Part shown: piece after piece, positions 26,401 to 40,774 of the stretch
How the letters are laid out: every line of letters begins with the position of its first letter
Position numbering within the stretch: the stretch's first letter is position 1
DNA from: Kudoa neothunni
Lineage: Eukaryota; Animalia; Cnidaria
NCBI GenBank assembly: GCA_964304625.1
Contig: OZ199840.1
Span: forward strand, 10,819,224-10,883,223
Direction of reading: 5' to 3'
Length of the DNA: 64,000 bases
Position numbers and translations under genes: made by a program
The notes under the pieces: model-generated
The model's database searches: none
Told to the model about the DNA's origin: nothing
What the model saw: the letters and a program-made list of their open reading frames with translations, nothing else

Positions 26401-29400
26401 GGACAATTAGTCTATAATCTAGTGACGGGGAAAAGACTTTCACTCACCTCTCCTGGTCAGATGAAAGAATTATCAATTCGGTGAATGACAACTCTTTAAT
26501 ATCACTGAAAGAACACACAAAAAATTTAACGATGAATATGGAATAACTGTGTCTTTGAGTACGATAGACAGAGTCATCGGCAAGTTTCACTATACTTTAA
26601 ATCTGTTGTGAGGATCCCCAAGGATAGAAGTTGTGACATAATGATTCAGAAGAGGACGTAATACGCTCAGATATTTAGAGAGTTAGGAAGAAATGTGTCC
26701 TATAAAAATACTGCATCTTTTGGCGAACTCTGGTTTTTATTGGTCAAAGACCTAATAGAAAGCGCTCTTTGAAAGACACTTCAGCATACATCTTTATTTC
26801 TGCAGTAAACCAAAATGATGTTATATACAGTAAAATTCACGACAAAGCGGTTAGTTTCAGGCAAAAATTTCAAGATTCGACAGCAATAATTAATATTTGA
26901 CTATGTATCAAGTTTCAAATATACAGTAGGCAATCGATTTTTGTACCTTTTTCCCATCCCCCGAGAAGTACAAAAAATATGTAATGACGGATTTTTCGTA
27001 CTTGATGAAGAATGCGCATTTGGGAGAATTTAATGACTGTGAGAGTGACTAATCCAGATTTTTTTTATTAAAATTCATCTCATTTCCCGTTTAATTTAAT
27101 ATAAATAATTAATAACATAAATTTAAACCATATAATACTATTATTGACATGAACAAACTTATCTGTTTATAGACAGATTGATATTTAGTTCAAAAACCTT
27201 TTATACTTTTTGCATGAATTTTTTGTATCGACTTTGTATTTTTGATGAAATAAGAATTTATTCTGTTATGAATTTTAACCTAAATGATTTCTAATTAAAT
27301 TATTGTAGCGGCCGAAAACATTTGTAATTTTTTATCATATCTCATCAATCATTATCAATTTTAATAAAAAATAATGCAAAACAACTACTGAAAACGGAAA
27401 AATAACGGACAAACGATTTTAAGAATCGCTTTTATTGGAACAATCAGTTACTTAAGTTTGGCTAAATTTTTTGAATAATAAGTTTGACAGTGTATTTTTC
27501 AAGTTTAAGACCGATCTACACTCATCAACTGCATTGTGCTTAAGAAAACATTTAAGTTTTTGAATTGATTCGATAACTTCCTTTGAAGAAATATTTTCGA
27601 CTGGTAAATCTTTGGATATGTCGTCATCATGCTGTTCTTCTATCTTTTCTATGTTTTGCAGTACGTTATCCGAATCATCAATATCCATTTGAAAATTATT
27701 ATTCTCTTCCAGAATCATCTCGTCAATTTCCGCATCAATTTCTGTGATTTCTGTGATTTCATGGAGGGCAATTTTATTATTGACATCGTTATCGTTAGCG
27801 GATGAAAACCCAGCTTTTATAAAACAATTTTCCATGGTCTTACTGCTAACAGATTACTACGCTTCTTTAGTTAGAAACATAGCTTCCAGAAGATCGGGGG
27901 AATTGGGAAAGAGCCAGCTTCTGTGAATGCAATAAATTTTTCTATCATTGCTATTTTGTATGTCGCTTTAAAGTTTAAACGAATGGATAATACCCTGGTC
28001 TAAGGGTAGGAAAATACTTGTCGTGTTTTGAGAATGAAAGACCATTTTTATATGACATAAATCCATATGAAAACGCAAAGTCGCATTGTCCCGTAATAAA
28101 ATATTTTTCTTCAATTTTTTTTTTCAAAAAACTTATTCAAGCCAGTTATACATTTTATAAATATATTACCAATTATCAATGCTTTTTTTGCTGCATGCAT
28201 ACTTTAGGGGACGATTATGTAAATTTTTGAAGCATCTCGGTTTAAAAGAATGCTTAATAATCAGAGGATCGAGTTTCCCACCAAACATACAAACACCAAA
28301 CAGGATTATTATTCATTGTTTGCTCTTTTTGAATCGGTTATAGGCATTCTCTTTAGTTGTGACATAGCTCTTACCTAAACCTATGATAAAATATATAAAT
28401 TCACACTCTACCTCGCAGTTGCTGATAGTACAACCCAGTTACGTCGATACTAAAAACACAGTCGGATGAGTAGTCCTTTATTATATCTAATAACAATGGA
28501 ATCCATTTTTCAACTGTTTCGATGTCAACGAAGCAAGAATCACCATGAAAGTTTTGTCTTTTTAGATTGAATCTTGATTTAAAACCTTTAAACCATCCAT
28601 GTGTTGATGAATCCACACAGGAATCATTTAAACCCAATTCTCTCTTTTTTATTAATAATATCCATGGAAGTTAACTCTATTTTTCTCGAACGCATCAAAT
28701 TAATCCATTCAAGAATTTCAGAATCAAGCTCTTTGTTGGTGCAATGTTTCAAATTTTTTCTTTTCGATGAAGCTAACTCACTTTCACAAGCTATCACAAT
28801 TCTATCTTTCTTATTAAGAATGACATCCAGTGTTGAAATTGTAGGAAGTTTAAAACGTCGACATTTGCGGCCTTCGCTCCCTTCTTAGACAAGTTTTCGA
28901 AAAATTCGATTATTTCAAATTTTTTTTGGAATAATTCTGCATTTGTTACTTTTTGCTGCCATCCGAAAAGTACGTAAAATTCGCAACGATTGATTTTTTA
29001 TTTTTAAACTAAATTTTAATATGACATTTAACGTTGAATCTTTACTTTTACAGAAAGTTTCAGAGTAATCGAGAAACAAGAAGTTTAAAAATATGAAAAA
29101 TCGATTGCCTACTGTATTACTATTTTCGAATGGATAATAATACGATAATACCCCATTATAAGGGACATAAAGAAATAATTCTTCTAAAGATCTACCACCA
29201 TATAGTTCATCCTTGAACCCAATTGAAAAAATTATATTCAAGTCTGAAAAAAGCTAGTTTTTCTCATAAAATGTCAAAATGAAAATTAATTGAAGACTGG
29301 GATAAAAGAGTCTTGAACAAAATACGACACAACATTGTGATGGTTTTTACCGCAAAATTTTAGATTACATCGCCAGATATTCAAGAAAATGAATTAAGCG

Positions 29401-29590
29401 TGGAATAATAATTTAATTAAGGACAATATAATATAATTTTTTCTTTTTCATGTAAACGGGAGTTAAATTCTCGTTCAAAATTTAATGGATCAATCGCAAC
29501 TACGCCGAACTTGAATGGCAACTCTCCGTGGTTGTCCGAAATCTGCCGAGCTTAGCTACAAAAGCGCCGAATTTAGATGACAAACCCTAT
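26401..29590 (+). mobile_element. Second decayed Tc1/IS630-like element, interrupted by a Tigger insertion
   Basis: ISAVNQNDVIYSKIHDKAV lies before 26923 and LPPYSSSLNPIE after 29116; boundaries are approximate. Confidence 0.55.
26924..29114 (-). mobile_element. pogo/Tigger-like transposon with disrupted transposase
   Basis: Perfect 19-bp TIR cagtaggcaatcgattttt with TA on both flanks. Transposase pieces include STHGWFKGFKSRF, VFSIDVTGLYY, PLDQGII and MENCFIKAGF plus an acidic tail, broken by stops and frameshifts. Confidence 0.9.
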
Positions 29591-30299
29591 AATATATAAT
29601 AATATTTAATAAGTAAATTTATTACAAATATAAATTGTTATTAATATCATATAAACATAAGTATCCCAACTTATCAATTATAAATAAATTCGTGAAACAT
29701 CCCCAGAAAAATAATTTAAATAATGTGGGAAAATTACGCATTTATAATTATTTTTAAATGGTGATACATTAATGCACTTATATTAGTTAAATTGGTATTA
29801 TTATCTACTTATTATGTATCTGAAGTAATTGGTTTGCTAAATAATTTTTAAAAAATAATGTTGGAGGTATTAACAGGATATTTGACCATAGATTGGAATT
29901 TGATTAAAATGCTAAATAATATAACTTATTACTAAAAACAGTTTATTATTGATTTATTGAAATGTATTCTCTTAGCTGATTATCTTTATGATAAATGCGA
30001 AACTAATTGTTTAACAACGTTTTGCCTTTATTATAAAAAATCATGTATATATCAAGTTATTTAATATAAAATGGAGTAATCTCATTTGTTTGAATTTAAT
30101 TAATTCATATAATGATCCAAGTTTATATTCTTAATTAAAATTAAACTAATATAAATCTAAGGTGGTTAAGTATATAATTTGGCATTTATGAGATGTAAAA
30201 CAAAATAAAAAATTTATCATTACCATAAAAGGCTTATTGAACCATAAATATTTGATTAATATATTTAAGTAGATAAGGCTTATCACTTTAGAATTGATT

Positions 30300-32686
30300 A
30301 TGCTTAGAATGTTGATTTCTATAGTTATTATTCTAATAGATTTTTTTAAAGTTGGTGAAAATGTCGTTTTAAAAGTAAAATGATAAATGATCAGCCGAAT
30401 ACAAATTAACTTAGGGAAATTGTTTAATATTGGATCTCTCATTTTCTCAAAAGTTTGTAACCATTTCTATTAATGGCTCAAATACAGATGAATTGGGAAA
30501 ACCTCTACCAAACTATTACAGTATTATTAGTCATAATGTGCGAATTTATGAACTTTTCACTAGTTGATGGAAGAATATTTTTACTAAGAAACACCACTAG
30601 TATCATCAATCAATTAAGAAGTACGTTTGAAAAAACAATGAAATACTTTAACAATGCTCCCAGTGAATCAATAAAGTTGATTGTGATCACGACTGATGAA
30701 TACAGAATATTATCGTAAACTTATTCTATACACTTATTAACATACATGTGAAATTATAGAGAAATTAATATTACAATGAGAAATTCAACGAAGAATTACA
30801 TTTTGGAGGCCGCAAAACTTACAAACATACCCCTCAAAAACGTAAAATTCTACCATCTTAGCTCACCGGATCAAGGTTTCCTAATGTTTTACCCTAGGAT
30901 TATTGTAAAATCCAAATTATTGTATATTCTAATGATTAATACATAAATAGAATGATGATAATTCAATATTTGTAAAATTCGAGCTATACAATATAATTAT
31001 GGGTTATACTAACCCTTCTATAAATTCAGAAAAGTATTTGTCAAGGTTTGCTATCGCTCAAAAACTCGATGATAAAATAACTAACACGTTCGATTGTTTC
31101 GGCTACGAAACTATGGAAATTCTCACTAATAACTATCTCATTCAGGTATTGGTTTAAAATGAATTATCTCCGATAGTTATCATAAATTTGTTAGGAGCTA
31201 TGTTTGAATAATAATCGGGGTTCTTCACCAGTCACAAATCCTTGCTATCCTAAAAATTTTCGATGGAAATATGCTCTCAGTAGAAAATATTATTATGAGA
31301 TTTGTGATCACATGCTATACACAAAAATCCTTCACTGCTCTCATACTATTGTTGGAGATTATGATGAAAAGAAATGCTACAGTTTACTTGAAAAAGTCAC
31401 CAGTATAAATCATATAAATGAAAGTTATCAAATGGATTCTCCTTTCAAATTGGATTCTGAGTTTATTAGTCCTATAAACAATGAGAACAACGTATGCTCG
31501 CTATTGTTAATTATTTTTCATCGAGTGATGCATTTTGAATGCATATTATATAATAAGTTAAATAATTAAAAAACTTTTTATGTTTAAAATAAAAATTTCA
31601 TTTCATTTAATATTTTTGTCAAAAATAAAAAAATTATATTATTATTTATAAATGCAACCTTAATTAATTAAAAAATAAGCATAAAGAATGAATTTTTTTA
31701 AAAACAAATAATATGAAATATATTTGGTAAAATACTTTAACTTGAATCTAGTTGAAAAATAAAGTGTTGTTTATTCTGCCTGTAAGTGATGAAGCAGTCA
31801 ACGAAAATCTTACAGCCACAGAAAACACTAATTGTAATGACTTGCCATTACCGGAAGAAGTGAACGTATAATTTGGATCAAATAGTTTTATGAATTAATC
31901 CATTATAGGACAAATTGGGCGAACCATGCTTTAGGACTAATTATATAAGGTTTTTTCTCAAAAAACTAAACTTCACAAATAGAATAGAATTTGTGAAAGT
32001 AATCAATATATTAGAATATTTGCATGAATGATTTTAAAAATTAGACTAAGAAAGAAGAAACTAATGAAAAGTTTAATATAATATCTAAGGAACTTGACAC
32101 ATATGAAAAGAAACCTAGTATATTTATTTATATTTTTTTTTCTAAATATACATTGGTTTTTAGTAGAAAAGGAGAAAACAGATACGAAAACTGATCCAAT
32201 CAATAACGGTGATAGCGAAATCAGCTCTACTAATAATGACAGTGACATTGAAACCATTAACAAAGACAGTGAGGTTGATTCCAATACCGACACCAAGTAA
32301 ATATTTATTTAATGGTTTATTATTTAAAATATATTTGTGGTTAGAACAACCGAAAATACCACAGAAGTGATCGCTCCCATTTCAAAAACCAGTGATCTAG
32401 GTATTATTCATATTTATTTGATGTCCTAAGACATTAGAATCTTAAGCCCTCCCAGTATTTACTCATTATTCTGGTAGATTCTCCTTCTAGTGTTCCAATT
32501 TCCAATATTAAAGCTGCATCGTCTGATAATACAAACAACAGTAAAAGAAAAACGATAATAATTGGCATAGTTGTTGGAATATTGTTTTTATTATTGCTAT
32601 TGCTAATTATTATTGGCATACTATACAAGATTAAATACATCAATCGATCTGCCAAATACAATGTCAAAGAAGCCGTCTACCAATAA
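30300..32686 (+). CDS. CD39/NTPDase-fold membrane protein, paralog 2
   Basis: MLRMLISIVIILIDFF; CLILDLSFS; LIVITTDEYRILS; FYHLSSPDQGFL; TFDCFGYETMEILTNNYL; NPCYPKN; GDYDEKKCYSLLE; CFRTNYI; Asp/Ser/Thr-rich stalk; TM IIIGIVVGILFLLLLLLIIIGIL; NRSAKY tail. The core exon boundaries are the same as in paralog 1. Confidence 0.8.
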
Positions 32687-33829
32687 ATCTAATATTGAAA
32701 TAGATCTTTATATATTCTGCTAATTTTATTACACTTTACATTGTTTTTTATTTGTTATTCTTTGCAGCTAATTTTATATTTTATTCGTTGATGAATATTT
32801 TATTTCAAAAATTAGATAAAATTTAATTTCATTTTGGAAAAGTTAAGTTTTGAAATCCCATTAGTGATAGATTGTGAAACATTGGGTTAATTTTGATAGT
32901 TGCCGCAACTTGTGGGGTTTTCGTTAAATAATTTAATATGTTCAAACCATGTAAAAACATCGATTGAATTTTATAAATTTCCAAAAAACGAGTGCAAGAA
33001 ACATTATTTATTCTGTGACGTTTTTAGCTTATTGTTTATGTTTATTATAAATCTAACAATTTTCAGTTGTTCAACGTTGACGTCATCCTAATAATGATGT
33101 TGTGCTGTTCATCTTTATCCGCAAGATTTCCGATAAATTTCTAATAGTACTTAATCAAAAAATATGTTTAATTAATTTTTTGTTGTTTCTATAATATTTC
33201 GAATATATTATCAATTGTGAAACCGCATTTTACGAACAATGTAAGGTGCGAGCAGCAACGCCATAGTTTTGTGCGTATGCACTAGTATTAGCCTTCCAAG
33301 GATTTGGGGTAGAAAACTTCCCCGATGAGACTCTGTTTATTGTATAATTATTTATTTATAATTTCAAAAGTTCTAAGATTACATTTATCCCTTCAAAATA
33401 ACGTTATTTAAATATTCATTTTTAGCTATAATATTGGAAAATCTCGTTGCGAGAGGTACGATGGAAGGTGGTTTTCCTTCATTGAGGTTGAAGGATCCAC
33501 TGTTTCAATTAATTCTAAATTTACCAGTGTATCGTAGATCAAATCCTTTTAAATAGCTGTTTTGTCAATTGCACATAGAAATTCAGAATTTCGGTACGAA
33601 ACTAAACAAGACCCTTAGTACTTATTCTAGTAGAATTCTCATTGTAAATTTATTCTACCTTCGGTCTATAATACACCTAATTCAAAGAAATATAACTCGA
33701 CAGCTCTTTAATATTTATAATTTATACTCCGTAATGTGTTATTTTTTTAACAGTTCTCTTCTCAACAAAATATCTAAGTATCACCTCAAGAGTGCTTTCA
33801 ACCGAATTCCTTAACTTACGAACTCTAAA

Positions 33830-35010
33830 ACCCTCAGCCTGAAATTCAACATTGAGTTTATTTACTAAAAACAAAATAAAACTCAAATATACAATAAATT
33901 TTATTGGTTGGTTTAAAGAGAGATAAAAATATTCTAGATGATGATTCGTTATTGTTTTCTGACTCTACAATTTTGAAAAACGTTGTAAGAACCGTCCATT
34001 GCTCCAATATTCTATTAACAACCTAATCAAGAGATAACCGCCCTGTTTTATAGAGATATATTATTCTCTGAGGCTCGATGCCGAATAATTTTTGAAATTC
34101 ACTGTATTCATTTTGCCGTTTTGAGCTGGTTGAGAAATATGAGAGGATACTTCGCGCTAAGTCCTCTAACTCACTAGGAAGATGCTGGTGCGCTTTAGAT
34201 GTATACATGTTTATTGAGTGACATACACAACTATGAAAGTAAAGTGATGGAATTATCTGTTTCAATGAATTTTGCACACCATCACAATCGCGAACTCGCT
34301 GGAAAATCCAGTTATGTTTTTAAGGGGAATTATGTGTTTTTCAAAAAAATTAATAAAGGGATCAAAAATTCATTTTGCGTTACCATCATTAATCTCTAAC
34401 AAGGTGAGAAATCTATCAATAGTTCTCTCATTATTATACTCGCAGTATCTAACTAATAAAACGAGTTTTTTTATGTCGATATATTGGTGGTTTCGTCAAT
34501 AATTCGAGAGAAAATTTGGACCTGTAATGTTGAAATTAGTTCATTTAGATAATATTTTCCAATAATATGACGAAAAATTGTTGTACCCTCTGTTCGAGCA
34601 CATTTAATTCCTTGAACGAAGTCAGAATCTTCACAGACATCGACAATAAAGCCGGTTAGATGATCCAGAATTGATATGGGTAAATTGTGTTCAGCAACAT
34701 ACGCACATAACTTCAATTCATCGGGGCGTATAGTTTTGTTATGCAAAGAAGAAGTGCTAATTTCTGAAAAATTAGTTATATAAGATTCTGACTTGAAAAT
34801 CTAATATTCTGGCAATGATACTCTGTTTTGGTATGTCTTCAGACTTGTGAAACACTACCAGAAATTTCGCAATTGTATAATTTGAAGTGGCCTTAGTCTT
34901 ATTTACAGTACTAACGCTAATCCACGCAGAAAATCTTTCATCAATCAACCACTTTTTTCCTGGTTTACATTCATAAGTTTTATATGTTTTCCTTTATCTT
35001 GACATTTTGC
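33830..35010 (-). mobile_element. Decayed hAT-family (ZNF862/Tip100-like) transposase
   Basis: Fragments ELKLCAYVAEHNLPISILDHL..IKCART, IIDETTNIS and SCVCHS..YFSTSSKRQ..FQ across frameshifts. Confidence 0.75.
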
Positions 35011-35930
35011 CAGGTTCGTTTAATCAATTTCGAATAATTCGATTAGTACGTATAAAGCATTTAACCAAATTATAGACGCCAAAGTAAGTACTAATATTGA
35101 AAATGAGTGTATTTTGTGGGAATTTAAACGCCATAACAAGATAAAGCGAAAAAGCCTGTCACTAATTTTTATGGAAATAAAACATGATAAAATTTTAATT
35201 TTATTAAATAAAAAATAGCTTTACATATTGCTGCAGCATTTATTTTAATAATTTTTTTGGTTATGCTCTATTTTTAGAATAACGTGTGTCGATGAGGAGA
35301 GTATACTGATCCATAAGAATAACCACTATTTATCTATGTGATATTAATTTTAATTTTGCTATTCCGTTACGTTAAAAGTGTGATACGTTACAAAAAGTTT
35401 AGTCTATATCCTTCTATGTGTTCATTGAAATGATTAATATCTATTTTTAGAATGTATTTTGCATTTTTCATTGAAAAATATTCTCGTTAGGAGCACTACT
35501 TGAAATTTCATGTTATTATTTAATAATTCATGGCGTGTTTGAACTAATTTTCAATAAAATCTTAGATCTATTAATGGATTTTCACGTTATTTTTACAAGA
35601 TTTGGATTAAAATGGCGAATGACTCACGGCATGTATATGGCTTAATACTTAACTTTGGACTAGATTATCAATCACATTGTGAATTAGATGTACCGACAAT
35701 TTATTAACGTTTTCTCTCTAACTCATGTAGAACTTAAAAAAGTCGCTGTCATTAGTTTACTTTGTAGGAGAAAAATATATCAATAATTACATAAACAGAG
35801 TACGATGATGTAGATTTTGAAAACTGTGAATTATATCTCATTAAACAACAAAGATTAATAACATCTTTGTAAATAAAATATTTTAATCAACTAAAGATTA
35901 TCCAAAACGTCTGATTTAATCAAGTGTTAC

Positions 35931-38900
35931 ATGGTTAGAATTACAATGTTGATTACTTTGAAAATATTTTTCTTGATTCTATTAAATATACCACCCACAG
36001 CCTATCATGAAAAATTCAGTGTAACTTATTGATATCATTTTTACATGATCGTGATTTAGAGCAAATATGTTATATTGGTGTTGACATTTTCCTCTAAATT
36101 TATAACAAAATTTGAGGTAGACCCTATAACTAATGCGGTACACGTTATGAAACGCGATCATTATAGTAATAATGATCATACTTTGAAAATTTTAAATTTC
36201 CATTAGTATCAAATACAATATTTACATGGGGGAACTCTAGTACAATTATTAACACACTGAAAAAAGATTTTGAGAACGAATATAAATATATCAACACTCA
36301 ATCGGAAGCTTCTTTAAAATTGATCGTGATAACAACCGATGAATATAGAATATTATCGTAAGCATCATGTAATTGTGTTGTTGTTTTAAATTGGTATTTA
36401 TAGAAAAATAAATGTCACCAAAGGACCTTTGATAAAGGATTACGTGATTCAGGCGGCGAAACTGGCCAATATCTCCCATAAAAACATATTATTTTATCAT
36501 CTAACCCCATCGGATGAAGCTTTTTTAAATTTATATTCGTCAGATACCGTATTATAAATATTTATTCGAAATTTATTATTTAAAACTTTAGAAAGATAAA
36601 AAATTAATATACCTGTTTATATCAGTGTATAACATTTATTTGGTATACACATCAAAATCCGATATACCCAAAGGCTATATATCCAAATACGCTATAAATA
36701 ATGGAATTAATAATAAAGTATCGTACACTTTTGATTGTTATGGATATGAGACAATGGAAATTCTTACCAACAATTATTTACTTCATGTATGTCACCACCG
36801 TCTTGCATTTATTTATAACGATTACAAAGGAATGGTGTTCCAAAAATGATAAAAAGAACTCATATATTATTAACCCGTGTTATCCAAACAATTATACTAT
36901 ATTAAATTTGAATACTATTGGAAAATATGAAATATGTGGCCACAAATACTATTCCATTGGCATTAAATGTATGGGTACTTTAGTGGGAAGATACGATGAA
37001 GCCAAATGTTATGATTTACTTGAGAATATTTCAAAAATCAATAAAATACACGACAACTACACAGAAATCTCCCCATTCAACTTAAACTCTCCATTGATGA
37101 GTGGTTTATACGGAGAAGAAAACGTATTTCATTATATTTAATCCAATAATTTAATATGAAATTATCAAACTATTGAGTTATAAAATATCCACAGTCATAT
37201 TTTCACCTTTAGATAGTTAAACTTATTGGTCATATTCACCCTTCATATATACATTAAGGGGAACTGTCGGTATTTGTGGGCACCTCTAAGTTCGAATGTG
37301 CGAAATTTTTTTCCTTATAGATAGATAAATATTTATATAATTTTTAATAGTTAAAGATAACTTAAAAATTCTTTTCTTTGTTATTACACAGATGTAAGTT
37401 CAAAAATAATATAGAAAATTGTGTTGTCGTCGGTGTTTGGTTTGTTAAGCGGTTTACGTGGTTTCAATAATATAATTATATTTGTATGTTCATCGTGACA
37501 CATATGTACGCTGAACTTCTGCAAGTTATTTTGAACGTTTTTAGTGATTCAAACTTAAGCCATACATCCTAGGTTTCAAGATACATCTTATATCGTTGAT
37601 CTATCTGTAAGTTTAAGTAGATGCGTTTAAATACACTCCTTATTTTTGGGACTTTTAATACATTTGACTTGATAAGTATATTATAAAAGTTCTAAAGATT
37701 GCATTTAATATAGCAAAAATGTGCAAATGTGTTAAATTACTGAAGAATTGGAAGCGTATATTATAGTCAGATGGATTCAATCCCTACATACTGAAACTAG
37801 GTCCCAAATTTGGTTATAGCGCCTGTTAAACTTAATTTTGAGCTTTAAGATTTAATGTATAGATTGAAATCTTGTTTTATCTAATTATTTAAATACTTCA
37901 GTTCATATTACGAGGCTACACAACGTTTTTGAGGAAAGAGTGTATATAAATGTGTCGGATAGAGATATTAACTTGAGAAATAAAAATTAATCATCGTAAG
38001 TTATTATCGAGTTAATCAAATTTTTCAACTTACATAATCTCTCCAAAATGATCACAATTTTGTACTGTGCCCATCACAGTCGTTAAAAGTGTGATATTTA
38101 AAAAAAGATTTATTTAGTTTCTCCTCTGGGCTACTCAAGAGTCTTATATTTCTTTATTTTTTGGCCTTATTTGTCTATGATGAAGTTTTCCCAATCCCGT
38201 GCAAAGCTAAGCAGTTTGCACTAGTTTTATATACCGTGGGTTGTCATTAATTCTTAACTCTATTATTTGCTAAATATTTAGAAACTAAATCGAAAGATAA
38301 TGCATAATAGCATCTTATAAAGATATATAATTATTTTTTTGAAATTTTAAGTGTTTCATACATGTACCGTTAACTTGAGTATACTTAATCCATGAAGATT
38401 GTTGGGTCGTTTTCGGCCCCGGTCAGATTAATATTTCTTGATATTTTTTACATCTTAATCACTTTATAACAATATTAAATCAAAATATATAATTTAATGC
38501 CATCTTCTTAATATAGTTGTAAAACATTTGGACTCACATTCCAAAAAATGTGTGTACTTGAGATCATTTGAGAAAAAATGATAATTTTTTATATCATACA
38601 TAATCAAGAATGTTTTTTTGAAAATATTAAGTTTATGTTGTATATTTATTAGTTTCAAATTTAATTAAAAACAATACTTGGTATAATAGATGATTTTTCA
38701 TCTCATTCTCATATAATAATAGTATAATAAATAATATTCGTATTTATAAAATCATTAAATGAGTCAATATTTCTAATTATTTTATTGAAAATCCGTTTAC
38801 GTATATTTAACTCTGTAAATTCCATTATTATAGTATATAGTATATAGTATCGAGGATTTTAGCTAGAAATGATCAGAACTAGTTTTCTTAATTTAATTTT

Positions 38901-40774
38901 CAAAATTTAAAATTCAACAATATGTAAATTATAAGGTATAAAAGTGATTTCTAGGGCCATTAGTTTTGTATTAACCTTTAATACTGTATCTATCTCTCAA
39001 CAAATATTTAAATCGTATTATTATTTTATTTTTTTAACAATTAATAATTCTACATCCTAAACTAAAGTTTTATCATTGAATATTAATGTAACTAAAAACA
39101 TTAATCATACTTATTAGATGGATTTTGTTTTGAAAACATCATTAATATTTGATCGGTACAGCTCTGACTCTCTTATATCGTAAATCGACGTTTCTAGGTC
39201 CATGATCGCAGATAACATTTGATAATTTTGTTTTCTGAAAAATTTTTACATTTTACTTAAATAAAATTAGAGCATCATTCATAGAAATCGTAAAATTTTT
39301 TGATGTTTTTTGTAATTCCATTTCATTATGAGCCTTCATAACGGATGCTTTATTACCCAAAATCTTATTTAAATGGGGTAGAAATTTTACGTTAAAATAA
39401 TCGAGGATTTTAGGTTGTCTGTTTTCCCACTGGATATTCTTTTATAATATGACATTATATCCACTCTATCTTTTAAATACTGAAAATTCTTGATTCTTGA
39501 TTCTCTCAAAGTGCCCAAGACTCATCATTGGGACAACTTTAATCTAAAGCTTAATGCCCACGAGTGGTAAATTTGTGTCAATTCCTATTTACAACGTAGC
39601 AAAACAAAAACTAAAGGTTAATACTTTATTATAATTGTTATGCTTTTATTTGATTTAATTTAATTTGTAACAGTATTGTGTAAGTCTTAAAATCATGACA
39701 GGTACCCACAAGCCGTCACCTACTGTATATGTATAGTTTTTAATCATAAAGTTTCCCGTTATCTACTTAATAAATTTATAAACAATGTAAACATAGCGAG
39801 AGAAGGCTGTCTTGGTTAGTGGAAATCCATTGAATATTTTCAAAAATGAATACCTATTGTCCTCTAAAGAAATTCCTTTCTGTGCGAGATCAAATATTTT
39901 TGAATATGAGGCAATTATATAACTGCATATAATGAAATATAATGAAATATATATTACTTGATAAAACCAATAGGCGGAAGCATGCTTTCGGGCTTTATAC
40001 GTACGCTTCTTCTTGAAAAAATTAAACCTCACTAAAAGAGCAAAATTAGAAAAAGTATTCAAAGTTATGATGGAATTGAATTTGTATTTCGAGTTTAGCC
40101 TATCACAGTCCATATGTTATTAAATATCATTTCTTTATCAAATCGCTTTACAAGGGTTGATGAATTTGGTTATATTATGATTTTTATTTGTGTGTAATTT
40201 AATCATAAATATAGCGACAAATATAAATTCAACACTAAGCGAGATCCCAAAAAGTTTCACTCCGAATCCTTTAGATATAACTAAAAAACCTATAAAGAAT
40301 AGCACTAATGAAAACCAAACAATTCCACTTTCAATAACTGAAATTCTCAACGAGGGTTTACCGTCTATCAACAACCGAACCACTACTAACGCTCCTAATT
40401 TCACCGATTATAACGTATCCATCAACAAATCCAGTAATACCAAGAATTCATCAACATCACCTAATGTCATTGAAAATAAAATTTCAAACGAAACTAGGAG
40501 TTATACTAATTCTGAATATAACACAGGTGATATGTGTATGAATGGTGATGTTATGAATTATTACTAATAGGATTTCCATCTAACAAAAGTGAAAAAAAAT
40601 ATAATAAGACCGGCAAGTAGCAACAAAAATAATCGATTTTTAATTGGAATGGTGATGGGCTCAATACTATTGTTACTACTAGTATTGATTCTTTGGATTA
40701 TTACGTTCAAATGCGTTTCGCCAAAGCGTTCAGCGAAATACGACCTACTGCAAAGGCAGTCTCCAAATGAATAA
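35931..40774 (+). CDS. CD39/NTPDase-fold membrane protein, paralog 3 (one intron expanded by TE insertions)
   Basis: MVRITMLITLKIFFLILLNI; KYVILVLTFSS; LIVITTDEYRILS; FYHLTPSDEAFL; TFDCYGYETMEILTNNYL; NPCYPNN; GRYDEAKCYDLLE; CFRALYV; long S/T/N stalk exon (~40214-40527); TM and KRSAKYDLL tail. Confidence 0.8.
37243..38224 (+). mobile_element. Helitron-like insertion in an intron of paralog 3
   Basis: The 3' end gcaaagctaagcagtttgcaCTAG|T resembles the 3' end of the 17095 element. The 5' end (tcatatatacattaa..ctgtc) is tentative. Confidence 0.45.
38386..39621. mobile_element. Probable piggyBac-derived remnant in an intron of paralog 3
   Basis: Subterminal palindrome gggtcgttttcggcccc is like that at ~43987, and there is an ...aaagg|TTAA right end. 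Confidence 0.35.
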
